Counted from the first letter of the stretch, positions 31,135 to 39,869 are shown. The stretch: 64,000 nt of DNA from a virus (IMGVR_UViG_3300030419_006251:128001-192000); one strand, 5' to 3'. Numbers and translations are program-made. Notes: generated by a model not told the origin, from the letters alone.

Positions 31135-31914
31135 TTACGGACAGTGTTCTGTTTTATAAAAATCGCAACCATATCCGCTAGTACACGAAAGGCGATTTTT
31201 TATGCATGAGCCCTTTTTTATATTGTGCAATGCTTTTTTCAACAACTCAAGTGCATTATTTGTTTTCTTATTTCCGCTTGAAACTTTAAAGAATTCGACG
31301 CGTTCATTTTTTGCTGTTCTTTTTAAAAGAGCAAAATGAGTATCTACAATTGCTGGATCTATATCGTGCTTTTTACACCAATAGTATTTATACAATGTAA
31401 GTTGGTATGTTGTCATTGGCTCTGTTCGCCGGCGGAAATTCCATCCCCATGAACAAGTTTTCCAATCTACTATATGATATCTTCCATCGTTTGTTTTTAA
31501 AACAGCATCGATAAAACCTTTAAACTTATAATCTTTAAAATCCTCTATCTCTTCGTAAAGTTGTTCTTCAGTCGAAGCAACCTCAAATTCACCAAAATAA
31601 TTATTTAATGCTTCTTCGACTTCCGGAAGTATAGCCAAGCCTTGTCCCACCATTTGATCAACAAGTCGGCGATCCACAGACACACCGTCTCCGAGAGCAG
31701 CAATGTGATTAGAAAAACTATCAATAAAAACTCTTGCATCGTCAATATTCTCCTTTAATAGTTTCTTTTCACAAACATCATGAATTGCTGTTCCAAAAGC
31801 AGTAAATTCATTACCCTTAAAGCCGTCAATCTTGTCAATATGTACCAACTTGTGATAAAAAGAACAAAAATTCCAGTTCTTTAATTCCGAATAGGAAATG
31901 TGTGACATTTTCAC
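31135..31914 (-). CDS. PD-(D/E)XK nuclease superfamily protein (RecB-like)
   Basis: SYSEL, FGTAIH, GFIDAV, IVDWKT, YQLTLY, C-terminal Cys cluster. Confidence 0.85.
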   Translation of the reverse strand: MKMSHISYSELKNWNFCSFYHKLVHIDKIDGFKGNEFTAFGTAIHDVCEKKLLKENIDDARVFIDSFSNHIAALGDGVSVDRRLVDQMVGQGLAILPEVEEALNNYFGEFEVASTEEQLYEEIEDFKDYKFKGFIDAVLKTNDGRYHIVDWKTCSWGWNFRRRTEPMTTYQLTLYKYYWCKKHDIDPAIVDTHFALLKRTAKNERVEFFKVSSGNKKTNNALELLKKALHNIKKGSCIKNRLSCTSGYGCDFYKTEHCP

Positions 31915-32243
31915 TCCACAGCTTTAGTTGTTGTTTTTTTTCTTGATGAGCGACGACTTTTCTTCGGTGGCTCTTTTTCTTCTGGCGGTGGTGCTGACGC
32001 GTCTAAATCAACAAAAACCCATGTACCGGCAACTGCAGCTGCTGCATTATTAATTGTACAACTTTCTGTAACTACTTCTCCTGGATTTAGTCCCTTTTCG
32101 AGTAAGAGCGCTCTTGCGTTTCTAGTTGCAATTTTTTTCCAGGGCACACTACGAGTAGTGTGATCGGAATATTGTTGTTCAAGGCGTATAGTAATCGATA
32201 GCGTACCACTTTCCTGTTTAATTTCTTGCTTCATATAACTCAT
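31911..32243 (-). CDS. Hypothetical protein
   Basis: Coupled ORF with a basic tail. Confidence 0.5.
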   Translation of the reverse strand: MSYMKQEIKQESGTLSITIRLEQQYSDHTTRSVPWKKIATRNARALLLEKGLNPGEVVTESCTINNAAAAVAGTWVFVDLDASAPPPEEKEPPKKSRRSSRKKTTTKAVE

Positions 32244-32972
32244 TTATTTCTCCATAATTATCTGTTCAATTTTTTGATATATAGAAGGACTCATCTGTCT
32301 CAAACTCTCACGGTCGCCCGTCGGCATAAAGTACTCTTCAAAACCAGTTGCAAAATATTCTCTAAGAGAAGTTAAACCATATGGCGAAACTACTAATCCC
32401 ATTGTTAAGAATATTAATTTTTCATATCCAATTTCTCGATATAGAAACATATCAAATTCTTCATCGTAAGATACATTTAAAAATGTATTTAAATCTACTT
32501 CATATCCATGAGATTTTAGAATATCATAAAAATGGCGCCTTTTAAGCAAAAACTCATTTTCAATTAGATCATCTGAATATAGCTCTAATCCGTATCTATC
32601 TTCTAAAGCATGTGCAAATTCATGTACAATATCATCCATCATATCATGTTGCGATGACTGTTCGTTTGTTACATATATAGAATCGTCCATATAAAGAGAC
32701 TGGATCTCTCGTCTTTCCAATTCTTCAAACTGGCCTACTAGAATCATTTCAATTCCGGCCTCTCTTATTAAGTTCTCAGGAATAAATTCCGTGATCTTTT
32801 GCAAAATTTCTATTAAATCTACATTATCCGGTAATGGATTTCTTATATAGATTTGAATAGAATTAAATAAGAAATAGTCTTTTTCCGGATGGTGTGCGCC
32901 GGGAGGCGCATTAAGGCTGTCGTTGGTTGCCCTTATATAATCAGTTAACCTATTCCTGTTCCCGTTCTGCAT
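32244..32972 (-). CDS. Zincin-like (HExxH) metallopeptidase domain protein
   Basis: IVHEFAHALE with a downstream REYFA. Confidence 0.65.
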   Translation of the reverse strand: MQNGNRNRLTDYIRATNDSLNAPPGAHHPEKDYFLFNSIQIYIRNPLPDNVDLIEILQKITEFIPENLIREAGIEMILVGQFEELERREIQSLYMDDSIYVTNEQSSQHDMMDDIVHEFAHALEDRYGLELYSDDLIENEFLLKRRHFYDILKSHGYEVDLNTFLNVSYDEEFDMFLYREIGYEKLIFLTMGLVVSPYGLTSLREYFATGFEEYFMPTGDRESLRQMSPSIYQKIEQIIMEK

Positions 32973-33303
32973 TTTCTGCTTGTTCCGCCTTTTGTTGCTC
33001 GCGACGAGCTACTTGTTCTCGAATGGCTTTTGTTCCCTCTTCTACATCAATCATAGCTTGATAATATCCACGAATCCAGTTTTCTTCAGCAATTACCATT
33101 AAAAATTCAGGAAATTCTTCTGCTACTGTTTCTACAATCATTTCAACAGTAACATCGCCATCATTGGGTTCTTGTTGGGAACCAACATAATTAACCAACC
33201 ACTTTTTTAATTCGGTGTCAGTATCAACAGTCGAAGCTAGCGTCGGGTTTACAACGGCATCCTTTTCTTTTATCACCTTAGTATCGGTGTTATCTTCACT
33301 CAT
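32950..33303 (-). CDS. Hypothetical protein
   Basis: RBS AAGGAG and a sigma70 promoter upstream. Confidence 0.6.
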   Translation of the reverse strand: MSEDNTDTKVIKEKDAVVNPTLASTVDTDTELKKWLVNYVGSQQEPNDGDVTVEMIVETVAEEFPEFLMVIAEENWIRGYYQAMIDVEEGTKAIREQVARREQQKAEQAENAEREQE

Positions 33304-33321
33304 TTTTTACTCCTTGTATAC

Positions 33322-33350
33322 AGTATAACTAAATTATACAGCTTTGTCAA
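33322..33350 (-). promoter_or_regulatory. Sigma70-type promoter
   Basis: TTGACA-17 nt-TATACT on the minus strand. Confidence 0.75.
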
Positions 33351-33356
33351 ATTAAT

Positions 33357-34697
33357 TTATAATATTTTCGCTGCCAGGGTGGCCACATCTGATCTTTCAC
33401 CACGCTTTAAAGTAATATGCCCTGTCAAATCATATTCCTTTAACATTTCTACCGCATATGTAAGGCCGTTTGTTGTAGCGTCAACATATACATTATCGAT
33501 CTGCTCAATATCGCCCGTAAAGATGATTTTTGTACCATCTCCTACACGAGTTAAAATAGTTTTAATTTCATGTGCAGTAAGATTTTGTGCCTCATCGATT
33601 ATAATAAATGCATTTGAAATTGAGCGACCTCGTATATAGGTTAGTGCTTCTATTTCAATTAGACCTTTTTCCATATACATTTCTAATGTCGATTTAGAAT
33701 CTCCCATAAGAAATTGTAAGTTATCTTGTATCGGCATTAACCAGGGTGCCATTTTTTCCTGCATAGTTCCCGGCAAGAAACCGATATCCTTTCCTAGCGG
33801 CTGAACCGGTCTAGAAACTATTAATCTTTTATACCTATTCTCTGTCTTTACAGCTTGCTCGCCAGGAGTATTTAATATTTGCTCTAATCCAGCAGCTATA
33901 GCACATAGAGTTTTCCCTGAGCCAGCTTTCCCAATCAGAGACACAACTGGAATGTTCGGATCCATCAACAATTCCAAGGCATATACTTGTTCTTTGTTTC
34001 TTGGCTTTATACCCCATACTCCATTGCGATTATGTTCCAGTGTGCGCAACGGTTGGTGGGGGGCTATATATCTGGCCAGAGCTGTCTTTTTATCATTTGC
34101 ATTAGATATCATCATGATCATTTGGTTTGTATATAGCTCTTTTGTGGCTTCTTCTTCTAGTGTAATTTTTTCGCCTTCATAATATCGATCAACAATCTGA
34201 TCATCAACTAATATTTCGGCAAATCCACTGTATATGCTGTCTCCTGACTTAACCAATTGTTTTGGACTATAGTCTTCACATCCCAAACCAAGAGAATCAC
34301 ATATAACTCTCATATTAATGTCGCGAGTAACAACAAAAACCTTTCTATTTGCTAATCGCGATTTTTCAGTTAAAGCAGTCGCAATAATAATATGATCTGC
34401 ATGGCCTGATTCTAGATCGTGAGGGATGAGGGACTTATCACAAGCCTTAACACTTACTATTCCTTTTCCCTTTTCTAATCTAACGCCTTTATTTAAATTT
34501 CCCTTTTCTCTTAGGCCATCGAATATTCTAATAATATGGCGCGCATTAACGCCAACACTATCTTGCCTTTTTTTATGATTGTCTATCTCTTCCAAGACTT
34601 TTAATGGCACAACGATATCGTTATTACCATAGCTATAAATAGCATTTGCATCTGATAGATAGACGCTAGTGTCAATGACATATGTTTTTTTAGCCAT
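33357..34697 (-). CDS. phoH: PIN-domain PhoH-family ATPase
   Basis: YVIDTSV (PIN), GKAGSGKT, IGFLPG, YIRGRSI, IIDEAQN, GDIEQID. Confidence 0.95.
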   Translation of the reverse strand: MAKKTYVIDTSVYLSDANAIYSYGNNDIVVPLKVLEEIDNHKKRQDSVGVNARHIIRIFDGLREKGNLNKGVRLEKGKGIVSVKACDKSLIPHDLESGHADHIIIATALTEKSRLANRKVFVVTRDINMRVICDSLGLGCEDYSPKQLVKSGDSIYSGFAEILVDDQIVDRYYEGEKITLEEEATKELYTNQMIMMISNANDKKTALARYIAPHQPLRTLEHNRNGVWGIKPRNKEQVYALELLMDPNIPVVSLIGKAGSGKTLCAIAAGLEQILNTPGEQAVKTENRYKRLIVSRPVQPLGKDIGFLPGTMQEKMAPWLMPIQDNLQFLMGDSKSTLEMYMEKGLIEIEALTYIRGRSISNAFIIIDEAQNLTAHEIKTILTRVGDGTKIIFTGDIEQIDNVYVDATTNGLTYAVEMLKEYDLTGHITLKRGERSDVATLAAKIL

Positions 34698-34748
34698 ATT
34701 TTTACTTAAAACGCTCTGTATTGTAAATAGTAAAATGTTATTAATTAT

Positions 34749-34991
34749 TCAATTTATTATAACATACTTCTTTTCGGTCCAAATAATATTTTTTTGACCT
34801 ATCACCTTAAAGGCTGTTAGATTGCCTCCACCAATCCAGTTTAATTGTTGCACTTTGACATCTTCAGTTAAAATAGTACATTCATTAAGCGTTGGATAAT
34901 AAAAATTATTATGTCCCCTTTCCGAACGACATATACTTGTTCCTTTTGGAATTATGGTATCTTTTTTGCTCATATCTTCTCCTTTTATCAA
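34749..34991 (-). CDS. Hypothetical protein
   Basis: Short ORF with an RBS-like AAAGGAG near an internal ATG. Confidence 0.5.
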   Translation of the reverse strand: MIKGEDMSKKDTIIPKGTSICRSERGHNNFYYPTLNECTILTEDVKVQQLNWIGGGNLTAFKVIGQKNIIWTEKKYVIIN

Positions 34992-34997
34992 TTTAAA

Positions 34998-35246
34998 TTA
35001 TTGTGGTAACACCCAAATATCTTGACCGCTTGAGCTAGTACACACACATTTCCCACTGGTGACAGAACTCATGTGCGAACCGGTTTTATTGCATGAAGCT
35101 TCGCAACTTGCTATAGTTTCGGCATCAAGCTTGCAATTAGACAAATACATGCCAGAAAGTATAGTACAGCATACAACAAATACTACTTTAACAATAGTAG
35201 AAGCTCCAGCTTGGATTAAATATTTATCGGAGTCTTGTTCATTCAT
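34998..35246 (-). CDS. Small Cys-rich membrane/secreted protein
   Basis: Hydrophobic helix followed by CxxxC...CVC. Confidence 0.5.
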   Translation of the reverse strand: MNEQDSDKYLIQAGASTIVKVVFVVCCTILSGMYLSNCKLDAETIASCEASCNKTGSHMSSVTSGKCVCTSSSGQDIWVLPQ

Positions 35247-35257
35247 TTTTTTGTCTC

Positions 35258-35334
35258 TGGAGCCATCTTTCGGATTCGAACCGAAGACCTGATGCTTACA
35301 AGGCAGCTGCTCTGACCAACTGAGCTAAGATGGC
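35258..35334 (-). tRNA. tRNA-Thr(UGU)
   Basis: GCCATCT/AGATGGC acceptor stem, loop CTTGTAA, TTCGAAT T-loop, encoded CCA. Confidence 0.93.
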
Positions 35335-35435
35335 AAACCCGGTTTTCGTCGCGAACTAGGATAACCGGAAACCCCTGCCTGCGTGTGGGTCGGGCAGCCC
35401 CCTACCGTTATTATTTTCCGACGATACAGCGGAAA
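35335..35435 (-). ncRNA. Candidate structured RNA upstream of tRNA-Thr (unassigned)
   Basis: Three GC-rich hairpins (TTTCCG/CGGAAA, CTGCC/GGCAG, CCGGTT/AACCGG) in an intergenic gap. Confidence 0.4.
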
Positions 35436-35439
35436 TAGA

Positions 35440-35628
35440 TTATGATGGCATCTGATTTTCGCCACTTTCATCATCAACTATAACGCCCCCTTGTTTTAGC
35501 GCTGTTATAAGTGTTATTAATACATCTTCATAATATTGAATTCGTTGCTCTAAAGTTTCTACTGCTTGTTGAGTTAATTGCATTTGCCTTGTCAAGCCTT
35601 CAACATGATCTTCCCACAAATTTCTCAC
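35440..35628 (-). CDS. Small coiled-coil hypothetical protein
   Basis: Heptad-like ORF, 62 aa. Confidence 0.55.
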   Translation of the reverse strand: MRNLWEDHVEGLTRQMQLTQQAVETLEQRIQYYEDVLITLITALKQGGVIVDDESGENQMPS

Positions 35629-35638
35629 CTACTTCTCC

Positions 35639-36214
35639 TCAAGGTAACGAATACCATCCTTGTTCATCCCAACTAGTTTCTGCTTTTTCAAAATTTTGCA
35701 AAAATCTTTCATATTGTCTAACAGCCTCAAATAATATTATATTAGCAGTTTGAGAAGTATTTAAACAATATCCAACTCCAGGCATTGGAATGTATATCTT
35801 TTCACTATTTTTAAGAAGTTCCACTGGTATACCTAATTCTTCGTTACCCACGACCAAAGCCAAAGGCTTACTAAAATCGAAATTATAAGAAGTAATGGGC
35901 TGCGCACCTTCACAAATCTCTGCAGATATAAGTCTAATCTCGTTGCTTCTAATATAATCGAGAAAAGCCACTGGCGAGCTATGCTTTTCAATCTTGACAT
36001 AATCATATAGACTTCCGGAAGACGGCTCCAAGATAGAACGCGGCGGCACAGAACCTATTACATGGATACATTCAGCGCCGAAACAAGCAGCGGCTCTAAT
36101 AAGATAACCAAGATTACCATCGCACTGAAAATTAACGCACACGAGGCTAATAGGAAAAACTTTAGCATGTCTCGTTTTTTCATCGTACCTCTCCCTTCTT
36201 GTTTTGTCTCGCAT
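35639..36214 (-). CDS. SpoU/TrmH-family RNA 2'-O-methyltransferase
   Basis: GNLGYLIRAA, LVVGNEELG, IPMPG, CLNTSQTANI (SPOUT motifs). Confidence 0.88.
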   Translation of the reverse strand: MRDKTRRERYDEKTRHAKVFPISLVCVNFQCDGNLGYLIRAAACFGAECIHVIGSVPPRSILEPSSGSLYDYVKIEKHSSPVAFLDYIRSNEIRLISAEICEGAQPITSYNFDFSKPLALVVGNEELGIPVELLKNSEKIYIPMPGVGYCLNTSQTANIILFEAVRQYERFLQNFEKAETSWDEQGWYSLP

Positions 36215-36729
36215 TATATCACCTGATATTCATGATCGGCACGATATTTCACAAACCACTGTGGTATTTTATCTTTTGGATAACGAATTCTTGGCTTTGA
36301 AGCATAAAATTTACGATACGACTCGATAATATCGTCGCTTTGATATTCAATAGGCATAGCTAACGGTAATTTTGTCAAACTATGGTTGGAAAAAAGCGAG
36401 GGTGTATATAATACTTTACATCTATCAAGCACAGCTTGACATTTATGTATCTTATCAAAGCGCTCAGTATATTCTTCTAATAAAGCTTCCGTATGTTCAA
36501 TTAAAGCTTCAAAATTTGCAGACGATGACATAACCCACTTAGTGCTTGGATGATACTTGTGCGTTGAGCGATATGGTGCTACATGTGCTCCGGAGAGTTC
36601 ATTAATTGCTGTACATAACATTTGACACGATTCTAATATCATTTTAACTACACGATAGTTGTCTTGAGACTTTGCAGAAGCAACCCAATCTATGTTATTG
36701 TTATTGCCTTCTATTGCAAATATATTCAT
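36214..36729 (-). CDS. Pyrimidine-dimer DNA glycosylase-like (DenV-related) protein
   Basis: MNIF, VVKMILESCQML, YRSTHKYHP, SYRKFY pattern. Confidence 0.7.
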   Translation of the reverse strand: MNIFAIEGNNNNIDWVASAKSQDNYRVVKMILESCQMLCTAINELSGAHVAPYRSTHKYHPSTKWVMSSSANFEALIEHTEALLEEYTERFDKIHKCQAVLDRCKVLYTPSLFSNHSLTKLPLAMPIEYQSDDIIESYRKFYASKPRIRYPKDKIPQWFVKYRADHEYQVI

Positions 36730-37001
36730 TCTCTCTTCCTTTTTCTTACTATATCGCGTTCATAAACAAATGTCAAGTCTTTTTCAGGCTCCGTAAAGGG
36801 AATATTCCACTGTTTTTTCAAAATATCTATCTCATTTTGATATACAGGTGTAGCCTCCCATCCACTATATCCCGGCCAATCCATCGAATTTCCCATGCTA
36901 GCTAACACAACTATTCGTTTAAGTAACCTTACATGAATAAGAGGAATGACCGTTCCAGCAGAAGAGCGCACAACAACAATATCGCCTTCTTTATAGTTCA
37001 T
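36726..37001 (-). CDS. Hypothetical SH3-like protein
   Basis: YKEGDIVVV N-terminus. Confidence 0.5.
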   Translation of the reverse strand: MNYKEGDIVVVRSSAGTVIPLIHVRLLKRIVVLASMGNSMDWPGYSGWEATPVYQNEIDILKKQWNIPFTEPEKDLTFVYERDIVRKRKRE

Positions 37002-37043
37002 AATAAAATAGTCTCTACAATATATAGAGATTAGCTATTACTT

Positions 37044-37244
37044 CTATACACCAGGAACCATATTTGCACGAACATTTTTAGAAACATGCTTCATATCACT
37101 AGCAACCTTAGTCTTAAAAGACTCTAGTTCTTGCTTTGTGCTATGTAACTCGTCAACCAATGTGCTTACTCGATTTTGTAATCTTGTAAGTTCCTGTTGC
37201 TGCCGTTCAAGCAGGCCAGTAACTTCTTTAATTGTTGTAGCCAT
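37044..37244 (-). CDS. Small coiled-coil protein
   Basis: RBS AAGGAG; heptad repeats. Confidence 0.6.
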   Translation of the reverse strand: MATTIKEVTGLLERQQQELTRLQNRVSTLVDELHSTKQELESFKTKVASDMKHVSKNVRANMVPGV

Positions 37245-37258
37245 TATTATCTCCTTTT

Positions 37259-37735
37259 TTATTGTTTTAAATCAAACAAATCAATTTGTTTGATAGTTTG
37301 TTTTTGATTATTCACCAAATCACTACTACTTTGAATTTTGCCGCCCCCAATATTCCACAACATTTGAATATCTAATTCCTTACATACCTGTACTTCTGGG
37401 GTATTATCGGATTTACGATCTCCACCGTTTGCAAAATAGTCTGGGTTTACTCTCTTTAAAGCCTCACACACGGTACCATCCCTATCATCAACCGAAACAA
37501 CAGACATAACACCATTTATAGCTTCTATGATTTCACAGCGCTCTTCCCACGGCATAAAAACATAACCTTTTTTTCTTAGAAGCCAATCATCGCTGTTCAA
37601 TACAACATATAAGCCATCGCCGTATTGAGCGGCTTCCTGAATCATTCTAACATGTCCAACATGGATTGGATCGAATCCGCCGGATATCATCACATATTTT
37701 CTTTTTTTCATAAAATCTCCATAATGATGCGCCAA
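37259..37735 (-). CDS. Cytidylyltransferase-like (HxGH) nucleotidyltransferase
   Basis: SGGFDPIHVGH, NSDDWL, NGGDR, QSSS. Confidence 0.88.
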   Translation of the reverse strand: MAHHYGDFMKKRKYVMISGGFDPIHVGHVRMIQEAAQYGDGLYVVLNSDDWLLRKKGYVFMPWEERCEIIEAINGVMSVVSVDDRDGTVCEALKRVNPDYFANGGDRKSDNTPEVQVCKELDIQMLWNIGGGKIQSSSDLVNNQKQTIKQIDLFDLKQ

Positions 37736-37778
37736 GTCATTTTCTCCTTAATATTCTATATATTTTCTTACACATATA

Positions 37779-38384
37779 CTACAGTATCTCATCAACTAAG
37801 CCATATTTTAAGCAAGTTTCTGCATCAAACCATAAATCTTTTTTAAGAATCTGATTGAGTGTCTTTTTAGGAATTTTAGTGTGCTCTGTATATATATTGC
37901 GAATTGTCTCCATCAATAAATCACAATTTTCCATCTCATCTTTAAGTGATTCATAGTTTCCCCACATACCCGAAGATAATTGATGTATTAACATAAAAGC
38001 ATGCTTATTAATATATCTTTTTTCTGCAACTACGCTAAAGAGAGTAGCTGCCGATGCTGCACATCCATCAATAATAGAATGTACCGGTACCGGACACTTT
38101 AAGACATAATCAACTGATGAAAATCCTGCAAATAAGCTGCCACCATAGCTATTAATGTGCAGTTTAATTGGCGCGGGACTGTCTAAGCCCAGAGAGTTGT
38201 TTCGATTAACTAATTGAGTACCTATACTAATCAACTTTTTATTTAATTCTAAATTTTTAACTCTGCTTACCTCAGAATAAAAATATATATTATTATTTAT
38301 ACTGGATACCACATTGTTATCATCAGACGAGCCACCGGTAGGACCGTCTTCAGTACTGGCTTTAAGCCATTTAATATCTTTCAT
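37779..38384 (-). CDS. clpP: ClpP-like serine protease
   Basis: HINSYGG, AASAA (catalytic Ser), MLIHQ (His), DLWFDA, GLVDEI. Confidence 0.85.
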   Translation of the reverse strand: MKDIKWLKASTEDGPTGGSSDDNNVVSSINNNIYFYSEVSRVKNLELNKKLISIGTQLVNRNNSLGLDSPAPIKLHINSYGGSLFAGFSSVDYVLKCPVPVHSIIDGCAASAATLFSVVAEKRYINKHAFMLIHQLSSGMWGNYESLKDEMENCDLLMETIRNIYTEHTKIPKKTLNQILKKDLWFDAETCLKYGLVDEIL

Positions 38385-38402
38385 GTTTTTTTCCTTTTAA
38401 AA

Positions 38403-38479
38403 TGGTACTCCGAGCAGGATTCGAACCTGCGACCCTCGGCTTAGAAGGCCGATGCTCTATCCAGCTGAGCTATCGGAGC
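38403..38479 (-). tRNA. tRNA-Arg(UCU)
   Basis: Canonical cloverleaf, loop CTTCTAA, encoded CCA. Confidence 0.95.
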
Positions 38480-38484
38480 AAAGA

Positions 38485-38569
38485 TGGTAGGGGCGACGGG
38501 ACTTGAACCCGCATGCACCAGTTACCCAAGTTTAATGCACCGCTTATAAGACGGCTGGGATACGCCCCC
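38485..38569 (-). tRNA. Atypical tRNA-like RNA, anticodon UAU (Ile), no D-arm, long variable arm
   Basis: Acceptor GGGGGCG/CGCCCCT + ACCA; anticodon arm GCCGT-CTTATAA-GCGGT; T-arm GCGGG-TTCAAGT-CCCGT. Only 7 nt (TATCCCA) lie between the acceptor and anticodon stems; the variable region is 26 nt. Confidence 0.75.
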
Positions 38570-38581
38570 TGAACTATACTT

Positions 38582-38610
38582 AATATATCAGTATTCAGGG
38601 AGTGTGTCAA
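38582..38610 (-). promoter_or_regulatory. Sigma70-type promoter for the atypical tRNA/tRNA-Arg/clpP unit
   Basis: TTGACA-17 nt-TATATT; the -10 box ends 12 nt before the first G of the tRNA-like gene. Confidence 0.8.
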
Positions 38611-39094
38611 TAGGCTTTTCATTTATTTCTCTTCTTTCTTCCGTAACTATATTATACAATACACCTGGCGATAGATCACATCGATCATATATTTTAATTG
38701 TTCTCCAATTTATTATATCAGCAATTCTTAGTGCATAAGCAATCCATTCACTACAATACCATCTATTTTTTCTTTTTATATTAAAAGGTATCAACTGTGA
38801 CATTATCATGCCTATCCAATCATATGTGCATCCTTTCGTATCTTCATAAAATTCTAATAATATGTTATGTTGTTCCTGCGATATATCAAATTCTATGAAG
38901 TCCCATTTTTGCAAATCAAAATCTGTTTTTATTCTAGAGGAGACAGTCGATGATAAGAGCGGGCTTATGCTAATCCATGTATAATTATCAGGCATTATTA
39001 ATTCGGCATGACTATACGGACTTTTGGTCCACCAACGGATAATTTTGTTTTTCCAATTTCCCTTGCCTTTGTAAAAGGCAATCCGTATTTTCAT
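38588..39094 (-). CDS. Permuted papain-like (YiiX/YebB-type) amidase
   Basis: SPYSHAELI (His) precedes WYCSEWI (Cys). Confidence 0.72.
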   Translation of the reverse strand: MKIRIAFYKGKGNWKNKIIRWWTKSPYSHAELIMPDNYTWISISPLLSSTVSSRIKTDFDLQKWDFIEFDISQEQHNILLEFYEDTKGCTYDWIGMIMSQLIPFNIKRKNRWYCSEWIAYALRIADIINWRTIKIYDRCDLSPGVLYNIVTEERREINEKPIDTLPEY

Positions 39095-39132
39095 ACCATA
39101 TTTCTCCTGCTTATAATATAAGTATACTATAA

Positions 39133-39357
39133 TCAGCTATTATCTTTTAGAAATTGTATAAGATCTGTTTTTTTTAATGTTGAGTAACCTTTAAGGCCCT
39201 TTTCTTTTGCCATGGCTTTGAGATCTACTACAGTCATAGAATCATAATCTACAGTAACTTCTGTTATTTTTTTACCTCTGGCTTTTGCCAAAAGTTCCAT
39301 TAACTGTTCATGTGTTCCAGAAAACCAAGATGCAATTTTTGTGTGTTTTGTTCCCAT
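39133..39357 (-). CDS. Rho N-terminal (HeH)-like nucleic-acid-binding protein
   Basis: MTVVDLKAMAKEKGLKGYSTLKKTDLI. Confidence 0.8.
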   Translation of the reverse strand: MGTKHTKIASWFSGTHEQLMELLAKARGKKITEVTVDYDSMTVVDLKAMAKEKGLKGYSTLKKTDLIQFLKDNS

Positions 39358-39365
39358 TTTTTCTC

Positions 39366-39518
39366 CTATGCTTTTAAATAATTGTTATAACAAAAGCCAG
39401 CTAACGCTGCAGAAAAAACTGCCCAGCCCCAGCTGCCCTCTAATAAAGATACTCCGGCAATCATTACATTAATTACTGCACATGTTAAACTCACATTCTT
39501 TGATGCTAAAAATTTCAT
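39366..39518 (-). CDS. Small membrane protein
   Basis: Probable start at 39518 (RBS AAGGAG), downstream of the tmRNA; two hydrophobic segments. Confidence 0.55.
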   Translation of the reverse strand: MKFLASKNVSLTCAVINVMIAGVSLLEGSWGWAVFSAALAGFCYNNYLKA

Positions 39519-39533
39519 ATCTTCTCCTTTAAA

Positions 39534-39869
39534 TGGTGGAGACGGCGGGAGTCGAACCCGCGTCCACAATAAGTCCAATTGTAGTCATTCACAAGTTTAG
39601 TCAGTTTCTATCAGTTACTGACAAAGGTAGATGGCGTTTAGATACCGCTTACCATCCTATTGCGATAAATTTGTTGATTTTTACAACTTATCTGTTGTTT
39701 TTGCTCAAATTGGATAGAAGGCTTTGAGCGGCCTCCCGATTAAGCCGCTAAGCGAACAGAATCGAAGTGATTGTTGTTATTTGCAACTATTGTTTTTGAA
39801 CTGTCAAGGTCGTATCTAACCTACTTGCACTATTCTTTTTTCTTACTCTGTCGAAGCCGTTTCGTCCCC
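39534..39869 (-). ncRNA. ssrA: tmRNA, tag ANNNNHFDSVRLAA*
   Basis: 5' GGGGACG pairs with 3' CGTCTCC-ACCA (G3:U wobble); T-loop GGTTCGACTCC. Tag ORF 39784-39740 is preceded by ATAGTT and ends in LAA-TAA. Confidence 0.95.

Noticed and set aside
31135-31914. PD-(D/E)XK nuclease as Cas4, and the possibility of a CRISPR system
   Set aside because: No repeat-spacer array or other cas genes were seen in the window; stand-alone RecB-like nucleases are common in phages.
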